Source: a virus (Duplodnaviria; Caudoviricetes). Taken from it: a stretch of DNA of 31,174 nucleotides. The notes under the pieces are model-generated. The model was not told where the DNA came from. It searched no databases and worked only from the letters and a program-made list of their open reading frames with translations. Shown here piece by piece: positions 18,115 to 26,053 of the stretch. Position numbers and translations under genes: made by a program. Position 1 is the first letter of the stretch; each line of letters begins with the position of its first letter. The stretch covers positions 1 to 31,174 of IMG/VR virus record IMGVR_UViG_3300048856_000008, one strand, 5' to 3'.

Positions 18115-18923
18115 AGGATTGGTTCCTTCTTCTTGAAGTCATAATCGGAAGCGCGGAGGATGCGGGCAACGCGGGCCTGCTGGAGGGCATCAGCTTCGGT
18201 GAGACCGGCTCGATTGAAGGCCGACACGACCGAGGCCCAGGGGTCGGCGGTAATGCTTTCATCCCAACGGGTTTCGATCTGGCCCTTACGAGCGCCACGG
18301 GTGAGCATGTGTTCGTAGGGGATGAAGAGCAGGCCCTCATCAAGGATGCGCTTGGCTTCCACCGGGCCGACCCCAGGGCACCCGGAATAGCCATCCGTGG
18401 TGTCCCCCGTGAGCGTCTGGAAGAGATGCCACCAGTCGGCCTCGGCCTGGGAGATTTCCATGATGCCGTCATCAAGGCGATGGACGAACAAGCCTGGAAT
18501 GGTCTTCATATCCTTGTCGATGGATACGATGACCTTCTCACCCTTGATGACCGGAGCGGTCGCCAGGATGCCCATGCAGTCGTCACCTTCGAGGCCAGGA
18601 CGGAAATAGGCATCATGTTCGTCAATGAGCCACTGCTTGATGGTCTTGAGGACCAGAGGCTTCTTCACGTTCTTGCGGTTGCCCTTGTAGGAAGGCAGGA
18701 CACCGAACCGGAAGTTACCCTCGCTGTCGGTCAGGCAGAGCTTCATGGCGGTGCCGCTCAGCTCATCCATGTAGCGATCGAGCATCTCGAGGACGGCTGC
18801 TTTCACGGCCTCCTCGTCACAGTGCCAAGTCCAGTAGCCGTCACCCCAGTGGGTGGCGACCTCCTTGGACGCGGCAGCGTTATAGGCCACCACGTCCGCG
18901 TCAATCAGTAGGGTGCGGCTCAT
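18090..18923 (-). CDS. gp6: 5'-3' exonuclease (gp6)
   Basis: LLIDAD, YKGNRK, LEGDDCMGI, SIDKDMKTIP, GDTTDGYSGCPGVG; start at ATG 18923. Confidence 0.95.
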   Translation of the reverse strand: MSRTLLIDADVVAYNAAASKEVATHWGDGYWTWHCDEEAVKAAVLEMLDRYMDELSGTAMKLCLTDSEGNFRFGVLPSYKGNRKNVKKPLVLKTIKQWLIDEHDAYFRPGLEGDDCMGILATAPVIKGEKVIVSIDKDMKTIPGLFVHRLDDGIMEISQAEADWWHLFQTLTGDTTDGYSGCPGVGPVEAKRILDEGLLFIPYEHMLTRGARKGQIETRWDESITADPWASVVSAFNRAGLTEADALQQARVARILRASDYDFKKKEPILWSPKPRT

Positions 18924-19108
18924 CGAACGATCTTCTCCCGCACCCATTGGATGCCGCAGAGGAGGACCGCCAGGATGAGAACCGGCCAGAAAGCCATCGC
19001 CCTGGGGTAAATCACTTCGTCCCATGTGTTGGTGAAGTGGTTCACTAGGTCAACGATTGCCGCGATGACGAACCCCACCAGGAAGTAGAGGAGAATGATG
19101 TCGATCAT
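18920..19108 (-). CDS. Small membrane protein (2 TM)
   Basis: MIDIILLYFLVGFVIAAIV...FWPVLILAVLL; ATGA overlaps at both ends. Confidence 0.7.
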   Translation of the reverse strand: MIDIILLYFLVGFVIAAIVDLVNHFTNTWDEVIYPRAMAFWPVLILAVLLCGIQWVREKIVR

Positions 19109-19326
19109 GCTTCGCCTCGGAGGGTGTGGAGGTGCTGAATACCCGCAGCGGTAATGCGCCATTCGCGGCCATAGAGACCGGTGGCGATGCGGGTGGTGAT
19201 GAAGCCGTCAGATGCGGCCATGCCGATGAGGTCGGCGTGTTCTCGGGCGAAATCGCTCTTGGTCTTGAAGGGACCGTGCCAAGCGCGGCTGAGAACGTCA
19301 GTGAGTTTCTTTCCAGTTGTTGCCAA
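19105..19326 (-). CDS. T7 gp5.7-like small protein
   Basis: SDFAREHADLIGMAASDGFIT...WRITAAG resembles T7 gp5.7 (S.Y.R..A..V..AASRG.I...WEITASG, recalled) and sits in the same position. Confidence 0.7.
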   Translation of the reverse strand: MATTGKKLTDVLSRAWHGPFKTKSDFAREHADLIGMAASDGFITTRIATGLYGREWRITAAGIQHLHTLRGEA

Positions 19327-21376
19327 TTTTGAACTCTCCGTCGATTGGGCAGCGGAACTTGAAGTGAGCGGTGCAATCCCTCATCGCCTGGACGAGGACT
19401 TCACCGACTTCGGTTGCGATTGCTTCGCGGGCATCGACCTGCATTTCGTCGTGGACATGCGCCACGAAGGCGTAGTCACGTCCGAATACATATCCTCGAC
19501 TGGATAGCTTCAGATACGCGAAGACGGTCGCCTGCTTGGCGATGAGGGCACCTGCGGATTGCAGGAGGGTGTTGAGGGCAGCATGTGCCGACCGGATGTG
19601 AAGCTTGCGTCCATCCAGGCCGATGAGGTAGCCGCGCTCAGCGGCCTTAGAGACGGCCTCACGAAGCTTCGCGATAGCCGGGGTCTTGTCCAGGAAGCTC
19701 TTCTTGAGGCGCTTCCCTACCCGCTTGAGGTCTTCCTCAGTCGGGCTTGGGTTATATCCCAGCTCGTTCTTGGCTGGGAAATACTTCTTGTAGACCGAGC
19801 ATCCTAGTCCGTCGCGGACCTCGCGCATTGCGATGTCTGCCACAATAGACCCGGCCTTCGCATCACCGGCACCGTAAAGGAAGCCGTAGATGAACGTCTT
19901 GGCCCCACCACGGAAGAGCTTGTGGATTGGGAACCGATCTTCATCTCGCTCGGTCCCGGCAGGGACGAAGCCAAGGGCGAGGACATTGACCCAGTGGATG
20001 TCTCCTTCGAGGAGCATTCGGCCATATTCGCCGTCATCGTATCGAGCCATGAAGTGGGCAAGGCATCGCAGCTCAAGGCCCGAGAGGTCGGCACCAACGA
20101 GCTTGCGCCCTTTACCGACACCGAACAGGGCTCGGCAGTCCTCACCGTAGGGGGCACCCACTGAGGGCACCTGGGCGACATTAGGGCGGGAATGGGTGCA
20201 GCGCCCGGTAACGGCACCGTTCGTATTAACGCCACCATGGATGCGGCCCTTGCGCACAAGGCGAAGCCACGCTTGATCACCCTCGGCAAGCTGGCCGATG
20301 CGTTTCTCGATGAGGAAATGGTGAGCGAGAACCTTAGCCTCAGGCCAAGGCAGCTTAGAGAGAATCGTCTCATCGACCTTTGGCTGACCATTAGGGGTGA
20401 ACTCCTCAGGCTCCCAGCCGAACTCCTTCAATCGCTGGGCGATCATCTGGCGGCTGGAGGGGTTGAACTCTACGAGTTTCTCTTTGAAGGTCGGGACGCC
20501 TTTGACGTACCCCATCTTCTTATTGTTCGCCTTGGGGACGAACGGGGTCCGTACCAGGACAGGCGGGAAGGAAGCCTTGAGCTTCTCAGCGATTTCCTGG
20601 CGCTTGGCGATCAGTGTGGCATAGAGCTTGGCTGCTTCTTCTTCATTGAAGCCGAAGCCGTACCGCTCCTGCATAGCGATGACAGTGGCGAAGGCATGCT
20701 CCAGCTCGATGGACTGAGGGGCATACTGCTTTGCATCGATACGCTTGAGCAGTTCACGGGTGACCGCGATGTCCTGCTCGCAATAGGTCTGCATCTCGGG
20801 CGACCAGTTGGCCCAGGGGTCGAGCCGCTGTTCCTCCATCATCTTCGAGTAGTCGCCCTTCCATTCCCCCAGGCGGAGCCCCCAGGCTTCAAGGCCGTGG
20901 GAGCCAATGAGCTTGCCTGGAAACTTCCCCTTGCGAGATTGCTTCGCGTCCCAGTCCCCGAGATTGGAGAAGATGAGGCGGGATAGAACGAGGGTGTCCG
21001 TGATGATGCCCTTAGGCTTGAACCACGGGTAAACCTTCTGGATTGCCGGGATGTCGAACTTGATGATGTTGTGGCCGATGAGTTCTCCGGCCTCCATGAG
21101 CAAGCGCACGGCCTGCTCAATGGTGATGGAGATCACGATACCCGCTGCTTCGTTCGGGTTTTTCCAGGTGTCGGCGTGATCGTGGGCGGAATACATGACC
21201 CCGGTTTCGAGGTCTTCCATGCAGACCGAATGGATGCGGTCCATGGTCTCAAGCAGCCCGTTGCTCTCAATGTCGAAGTTGTAACGGGAGCCTTTGACCG
21301 TCAGGGGCGAACCATCAGGGTTACGCCAGATAAAGCTTGGGGTTTCCAAGGGGATGTCCTCTCGCGGGAGTGACAC
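19298..21376 (-). CDS. gp5: DNA polymerase family A (gp5)
   Basis: FDIESNGL, GHNIIKFD, YCEQD, DLSGLELR, AKTFIYGFLYG, HDE motifs. Confidence 0.97.
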   Translation of the reverse strand: MSLPREDIPLETPSFIWRNPDGSPLTVKGSRYNFDIESNGLLETMDRIHSVCMEDLETGVMYSAHDHADTWKNPNEAAGIVISITIEQAVRLLMEAGELIGHNIIKFDIPAIQKVYPWFKPKGIITDTLVLSRLIFSNLGDWDAKQSRKGKFPGKLIGSHGLEAWGLRLGEWKGDYSKMMEEQRLDPWANWSPEMQTYCEQDIAVTRELLKRIDAKQYAPQSIELEHAFATVIAMQERYGFGFNEEEAAKLYATLIAKRQEIAEKLKASFPPVLVRTPFVPKANNKKMGYVKGVPTFKEKLVEFNPSSRQMIAQRLKEFGWEPEEFTPNGQPKVDETILSKLPWPEAKVLAHHFLIEKRIGQLAEGDQAWLRLVRKGRIHGGVNTNGAVTGRCTHSRPNVAQVPSVGAPYGEDCRALFGVGKGRKLVGADLSGLELRCLAHFMARYDDGEYGRMLLEGDIHWVNVLALGFVPAGTERDEDRFPIHKLFRGGAKTFIYGFLYGAGDAKAGSIVADIAMREVRDGLGCSVYKKYFPAKNELGYNPSPTEEDLKRVGKRLKKSFLDKTPAIAKLREAVSKAAERGYLIGLDGRKLHIRSAHAALNTLLQSAGALIAKQATVFAYLKLSSRGYVFGRDYAFVAHVHDEMQVDAREAIATEVGEVLVQAMRDCTAHFKFRCPIDGEFKIGNNWKETH

Positions 21377-21387
21377 CCACGAGCAAG

Positions 21388-21421
21388 AAAAAACCCCCTT
21401 CGATTAGATCGGAAGGAGGTT
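21388..21421 (-). terminator. Intrinsic terminator between nucleotidyltransferase and DNA polymerase
   Basis: Minus strand AACCTCCTTC-CGATCTAATC-GAAGGGGGTT-TTTT spanning the NTase stop. Confidence 0.65.
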
Positions 21422-22006
21422 CGTCGTGGGGGTAATGTGGGGAGTGACCAGCTTGTGGTCGGGGTACTTTTCCTTGAGCCGCTCGAAGCGGCGCAGGCTA
21501 CGGGCCTCATCGCCCTGGCGAAGCAGGGTGAAGGAGTTGCCCAGGGCGTCCGTGAGGAACGCGGTGGTGTAGTCGAAGGACCAGCCGCCGAACTCATTGA
21601 TCCACGCGGCGATCTGGCAGATGCCGAAGTCATTCCGCTGGGCGACACCGAGCGGCGAGAGATCGACCACGTTGTCCAGGAAGATCACGTTGAGGTCGAT
21701 CTCCCCGAACTTCGAGTAGCCGACCACGGCGACCACCTCACCAAGACCTTCGCAGGACGGCGGGATGTTCTGGACACGGGCATAGCCCCTGCCCTCCAGG
21801 TATTCGTTGAGGGAGTTGAGGGCGTCCATCGACCACGGGATGAAGATATCGAGGTCTTTTACAGGGGCTCCAAGGAAGTGGTCCCTAAGCGCCCCACCGG
21901 AGAGAACCGGGTTCGTGCTGGTGGCTTGCCCGATCTCGTCAAGGACTTTCCTCCAGTCAGCCGGAAGCGGCCCCGAGGCGGGGAAGATATTGTGCAGGTT
22001 GTTCAT
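21404..22006 (-). CDS. Nucleotidyltransferase (poly(A) polymerase/CCA-adding head-domain-like)
   Basis: GGALRD...KDLDIF and NDFGICQ motifs. Confidence 0.8.
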   Translation of the reverse strand: MNNLHNIFPASGPLPADWRKVLDEIGQATSTNPVLSGGALRDHFLGAPVKDLDIFIPWSMDALNSLNEYLEGRGYARVQNIPPSCEGLGEVVAVVGYSKFGEIDLNVIFLDNVVDLSPLGVAQRNDFGICQIAAWINEFGGWSFDYTTAFLTDALGNSFTLLRQGDEARSLRRFERLKEKYPDHKLVTPHITPTTNLLPI

Positions 22007-22015
22007 GGGGTTTCC

Positions 22016-22765
22016 TTAGAAGCCGTAGACGTCGAACGAGCGGTCGTTCTGCTGCTGGCGCTGGTAGTTGGTCAGTCGGTTGAGGCGGGCTTTGGTGATG
22101 TCATCGTGGGTCACCTGTTCGCCACGGAGGGCCTCCAGGATTGCCAGTTCCATCTTGTGAGCCACCTGCCTTGCGGCATCCTTCGCCATTTCGGCATGAG
22201 CCAGGAGATCACGGCGATGCTCGGGAGCAATGCGGAGAGACATGCCGAGCTGGCGAACGTCCACTTGATCCATCCGGTAGGTGTGGTTCTGTCCTGTGTG
22301 GAGGACGACACGGAACGGCGCAGGCTCGGTGACGATCTGGAATGGGAGCGGCTGGCCATCCATCATTCGGTCGATGGATGCTTCGAGCTTGTCGTTCTTC
22401 GCCATCAGCTCCGTTTGCTGAGCAATCATCTTGCTCATCTGCGTCCGGAGAATTTCATTGGCGGCTTCCGCCCGCTCGGCTCGGTCCAAGGCTTGGCCCA
22501 GGTAGGACTTGAGATCGCTGATCTTCTTCTGGAGTGCCCGCTTAACGAGCCGGGTCTTGCGACCTTGGTTCTTGAGGAACTCGACGTTGTAGCGCTCCAG
22601 GGTGACCTCGGCTTCCAATGTGGAGTTGCGCTCACTGAGCGTCCGAATAGTCGTAGCCTGCTTCGCTGCTCCCTCAATGAGGAGCTGGTTGTTACCTTCC
22701 AGGGTGGCAACATGCTGCGCGGTCATGTGCAGCGAGTTGATAGCCATCTTTACGTGCTGGTTCAT
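22016..22765 (-). CDS. Coiled-coil hypothetical protein
   Basis: Long heptad-like helical region; likely start ATG 22765 downstream of the regulatory region. Confidence 0.75.
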   Translation of the reverse strand: MNQHVKMAINSLHMTAQHVATLEGNNQLLIEGAAKQATTIRTLSERNSTLEAEVTLERYNVEFLKNQGRKTRLVKRALQKKISDLKSYLGQALDRAERAEAANEILRTQMSKMIAQQTELMAKNDKLEASIDRMMDGQPLPFQIVTEPAPFRVVLHTGQNHTYRMDQVDVRQLGMSLRIAPEHRRDLLAHAEMAKDAARQVAHKMELAILEALRGEQVTHDDITKARLNRLTNYQRQQQNDRSFDVYGF

Positions 22766-22792
22766 GGGGTAGCTTTCAGGTTGTGGATATGA

Positions 22793-22807
22793 GAACAAAG
22801 GTAGAAC
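22793..22807 (-). promoter_or_regulatory. Alphaproteobacterial LexA (SOS) box GTTC-N7-GTTC over a putative sigma70 -10
   Basis: Minus strand GTTC-TACCTTT-GTTC; CTTGCA lies 18 nt upstream of CTACCT. Confidence 0.7.
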
Positions 22808-22854
22808 ATTGCCCCGCTCCCCTGCAAGAGGGAAATAGGACAATGTTCCTATGT

Positions 22855-22863
22855 TGTGGATAA
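22855..22863 (-). promoter_or_regulatory. Consensus DnaA box TTATCCACA (second, 1-mismatch copy at 22782-22790)
   Basis: TGTGGATAA at 22855-22863 and TGTGGATAT at 22782-22790, same orientation. Confidence 0.5.
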
Positions 22864-22888
22864 TGGGGAGTTGAGAAGGATAACATTC

Positions 22889-24520
22889 CTAGAAAGGGAT
22901 ATCCCCGCACGTCTCGTCTTGAAACGTTTTCTCGTCCGGAAGCTCGGTCTCGAAGAGCCTGCCGGTATCCTTCTCGTACCCCAGGTAGATGACTTGGCCG
23001 GTAGCTTGGCCGGTGTATCTGTCCTTGAGGACGCGGAACGTGGTGATGGACCTCATCTCCTCGTTCTCATGCTGCTGGTCGCGCTCCAGGCCGAACATGT
23101 AATGGCACCAGAAGCCGATACTCCGGGAACCTTTGAAGTGCCTGATCATGACCCGGCCACCTTCCTCGTGGGGCTTGCCCTCGGGGGTTGCTAGGTGGCT
23201 GATGAGGATGATCATGCAGTCCAGCTCTTTCACGAGACCGCCGATCTCAGACATGATGACCTCAAGCGCCTTCCGCTCATCCTCCTCCGCAGCGGCAAGC
23301 GCAGTGAGGTGGTCGAGGTAGAAGATGCGGACGCCCTCAGACTTGTTGAGGAAGCGCATGGTTTCCCGGATGACTTCCCAGTCGGTCGCCCCGAAGCTGT
23401 CGTAGAGGAAGAGCTTGCCGCCAGCTTCGAGCTGGTCCACGGCCTGGGTCAGTTCGTCATTCGTCCATCCCGAATCAGGGACGTGGAAGCGACGACCGGC
23501 AAGCTTTCCAGCTACCCGGCGTCCGGTCTCCTCGGGCTGCTGCTCCAGGAAGAACAGGCCCACCGGCTGGTTAAGCTCGGTGATGTCGAAGACGATCTGC
23601 TGGGTGAGGAAGTCGGTCTTGCCAATCCCGGTGCCAGCGCCCAGGGCATACAGCTCACCATAGCGGCGACCGTAGGTGAGCTGGGTGAGAGACCCGAGCC
23701 ACCAGGGAAGGCCCCACTCGATTGGCTTGAGGAGCTTTTCCTTGATGTCCCCGAGGGTGACGATGCCGTCCGGCCGGTGCGTCTTGGCGTTCCAGATGGC
23801 TTGAACGATCTTGTCGCCCTCGCCTGCCAGAAGCATCTCATTGGCATCCTTGCGGGGAAGCTCGGCAATCTTGACCTTGCCCGAGGGGAAAAGATCGAGG
23901 CAGGCTCGGGTTGCTTCCCTCCCCGGCTCGTCCTGGTCGAACATGAGGACGACTTCCTCAAAGCTGTTGAGCCATTCGAGGTTCTTGGCCAGGGACTTCT
24001 TTGCGCCCTGGGCACCGTTCGGAATGGAGACCACCGGCCACTTGTTGCCCTGGACCTGCGAGACCGACATGGCATCGATCTCGCCTTCCGTGATCACCAC
24101 GCGGCGACCACCGGAGGGCCATAGGTGTTGCCCAAAGAGTTGGGCATCACGGGAGGAACCGATGAAGGAGAAGTTCTTATCGGCATCGCGGGTCTTCTGG
24201 CCCACGAGGTTGCCGTCCTCATCGTAATAAGGTGCGGCCTGGACGGTCTTGCCATTCCTATTCTGGCCGACCAGATAGCCGAACTTCCGGCACGTCTCTT
24301 CTGTCAGCCCACGCTTGGGCAAAGCGCGGTACTCGCCCTGGATGGGGTCAAACATTGTGGTGCCTTTGGGTTTGGATTGGATGGGTGGGGAGCCATCGCC
24401 GGGCTCGTGGTAGCCGCAGCCAAAGCAATGGCCGTGGCCGTCCGAGTAGCGCCCGAGGTTATCTCGGGAGCCGCACTTCGGGCATGGCTCCTTGTGAAGA
24501 AAGGAGCTGTCTTCTGTCAT
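22889..24520 (-). CDS. gp4: Primase/helicase (gp4)
   Basis: CPKC..CFGC zinc ribbon, ITEGEIDAMS and MFDQDEPG TOPRIM motifs, GTGIGKT Walker A, LDHL, ISHL, KDRYTG. Confidence 0.97.
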   Translation of the reverse strand: MTEDSSFLHKEPCPKCGSRDNLGRYSDGHGHCFGCGYHEPGDGSPPIQSKPKGTTMFDPIQGEYRALPKRGLTEETCRKFGYLVGQNRNGKTVQAAPYYDEDGNLVGQKTRDADKNFSFIGSSRDAQLFGQHLWPSGGRRVVITEGEIDAMSVSQVQGNKWPVVSIPNGAQGAKKSLAKNLEWLNSFEEVVLMFDQDEPGREATRACLDLFPSGKVKIAELPRKDANEMLLAGEGDKIVQAIWNAKTHRPDGIVTLGDIKEKLLKPIEWGLPWWLGSLTQLTYGRRYGELYALGAGTGIGKTDFLTQQIVFDITELNQPVGLFFLEQQPEETGRRVAGKLAGRRFHVPDSGWTNDELTQAVDQLEAGGKLFLYDSFGATDWEVIRETMRFLNKSEGVRIFYLDHLTALAAAEEDERKALEVIMSEIGGLVKELDCMIILISHLATPEGKPHEEGGRVMIRHFKGSRSIGFWCHYMFGLERDQQHENEEMRSITTFRVLKDRYTGQATGQVIYLGYEKDTGRLFETELPDEKTFQDETCGDIPF

Positions 24521-24603
24521 GGGAACTTGTACTGTGCGCCTCATCTTGAAGCGCGTGGGAGAACCGCAGATGCCGAAGCCAATTAGCCTCAGCAACCTAT
24601 TCA

Positions 24604-24870
24604 GTGGTGGGGGGCGGAATTGATGAGCCGACTGAGGACGAGTTGAAGCTGTTGGGAGCTTTCAAAGGCTGCCAGCCCAACGACACCATTTATCTTGATG
24701 ATCAAAAAGCCCTGTTCGCCAACGTCCAAGACCTTGAGAAGGCTCAGGCGGGGTTGGCGAGACGAGGTTGGGTGAAGCTCATTCCGCTACCGAACGTTCC
24801 GGGCCGTACTGATCGGCTTTGTTCGGTTGTTCTGACGCTCGATGGTTATCGCAAGCTGGAAGAGATTTAG
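24604..24870 (+). CDS. Hypothetical 88-aa antisense protein, winged-helix-like
   Basis: Fills an otherwise empty gap; LARRGWV...LTLDGY pattern; start uncertain. Confidence 0.55.
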   Translation: MVGGGIDEPTEDELKLLGAFKGCQPNDTIYLDDQKALFANVQDLEKAQAGLARRGWVKLIPLPNVPGRTDRLCSVVLTLDGYRKLEEI

Positions 24871-25073
24871 TTTCCGTCTGGGAGCTTGTGGACCCCTTCG
24901 AGCATCAGCACGTTAGCGTGGTCGATGATGTTGGCCGCTTCCGCAGTCGTCAGCTCACCGCGACCGACCGCCCCAGCCAACGCCTGGGCGTAGCTGGTGA
25001 CGATCATGGTCATGATTGCGTCGAGGGAGACGATAGGGAGGCGCACCAGTGGAGGCCGCCGGTCACCCTTCAT
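24867..25073 (-). CDS. Hypothetical protein
   Basis: ATG at 25073 overlaps the upstream stop (ATGA). Confidence 0.55.
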   Translation of the reverse strand: MKGDRRPPLVRLPIVSLDAIMTMIVTSYAQALAGAVGRGELTTAEAANIIDHANVLMLEGVHKLPDGN

Positions 25074-25186
25074 CGACCCACCAGGAGCCAGAGGTCTTGA
25101 CCTGGGGGTTGATAGGTGACGCAGGAGGAGAGGATGAGGAGGAGAGCGATGGTGACCGGGAGGAAGATGAAGAGAGGCACGGTCAC
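25070..25186 (-). CDS. 38-aa putative lipoprotein (absent from ORF track)
   Basis: Translates MTVPLFIFLPVTIALLLILSSCVTYQPPGQDLWLLVGR; GTGA and ATGA overlaps with both neighbours; lipobox LSS-C. Confidence 0.65.
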   Translation of the reverse strand: MTVPLFIFLPVTIALLLILSSCVTYQPPGQDLWLLVGR

Positions 25187-25545
25187 TCCCCAGCGAAAGC
25201 ACGGAGGAGCGCCAGGGCCACGGCGTTGTCGCCCAGCATGACCTCGTCACGGACCCGGCTAGCCTCAGCCTTGATAGCTTCGCCCCCCGGTAGATAATCG
25301 TCATTCACATGTTCGAAGTTGATGTATTCAGATACATCAAACAGGTCGGACACCGCCACCGTGTGATAGCGATCACGCTTGATCTCCGTCTTGGCTGGGA
25401 GCTTCCCCTCCATAAGGAGCCGCTGTAGCTCTTCGTCAGAGATCGTCTTGGCCGGGACAGTGCAAGCCTTCTTGAGGTCTTCCAACTTCCGCTTCTCGAT
25501 AGTGTCGATGCGGGCCATGGTGTACTTGACTTGCTGCTGGTTCAT
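25183..25545 (-). CDS. Hypothetical phage protein
   Basis: 120-aa ORF tightly packed in the operon. Confidence 0.8.
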   Translation of the reverse strand: MNQQQVKYTMARIDTIEKRKLEDLKKACTVPAKTISDEELQRLLMEGKLPAKTEIKRDRYHTVAVSDLFDVSEYINFEHVNDDYLPGGEAIKAEASRVRDEVMLGDNAVALALLRAFAGE

Positions 25546-25547
25546 GA

Positions 25548-25760
25548 TCAGCGGACCCGTGCTGACCGAAGGCGATACTCAGCATACGGCGAACCGTTCG
25601 GGTCTTCCTTCATGAGGGTGTCGATCTTCATGCCCTGGGCCTTGAGATCGTGGACGCGGGCAGCGAGGCGGAATGCACCATAAAGCCCGATGGCTTCGAG
25701 CTGGGTGAGCGAGCGGCCAGAGAGGAAGTGCTGGCGGATGCGTTCAATCTTGGTGGTCAA
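25548..25760 (-). CDS. Small winged helix-turn-helix protein
   Basis: LTQLEA...YG.FRLAARVHDLK..G..I.T...AEY signature; GGAG RBS, TTG start. Confidence 0.8.
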   Translation of the reverse strand: MTTKIERIRQHFLSGRSLTQLEAIGLYGAFRLAARVHDLKAQGMKIDTLMKEDPNGSPYAEYRLRSARVR

Positions 25761-25764
25761 TGTC

Positions 25765-25947
25765 TTAGGCTCCGTGCTGGAGGAAGTTGCGGAGAAGGCC
25801 CAGTTCAGCGGAGACCTTGCCGGACTTGATTGCTGCGGTCGCGGTGGCAGCGAGGGAACGCTTGATGCTCACCTTGCGGTAACCCTTGGTCGGGTGGAGG
25901 ACGCGCTCGGCGGTGGAGGAGATCGGGCGCTTACGGGAAACGGGCAT
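25765..25947 (-). CDS. Small basic hypothetical protein
   Basis: AGGA RBS, first gene after a phage promoter. Confidence 0.7.
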   Translation of the reverse strand: MPVSRKRPISSTAERVLHPTKGYRKVSIKRSLAATATAAIKSGKVSAELGLLRNFLQHGA

Positions 25948-26035
25948 TGGTTTTTCCTATCGGTTATCGATTGCGCATTGGCGCTGGGAACGCGGAAGCC
26001 CCCGGCCCGTGAGGACCGAGGGTTTGTGAGGATTG

Positions 26036-26053
26036 CTATGGTGGGTTCTAATC
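26036..26053 (-). promoter_or_regulatory. Phage RNAP promoter
   Basis: GATTAGAACCCACCATAG; 26024-26054 matches 29113-29143 with one mismatch. Confidence 0.9.

Noticed and set aside
17741-18911. Alternative 244-aa (-) and 288-aa (+) ORFs
   Set aside because: Overlap the exonuclease and dNMP kinase, which have clear motifs
21437-22792. 451-aa plus-strand ORF
   Set aside because: Shadow of two well-supported minus-strand genes; no recognisable domain
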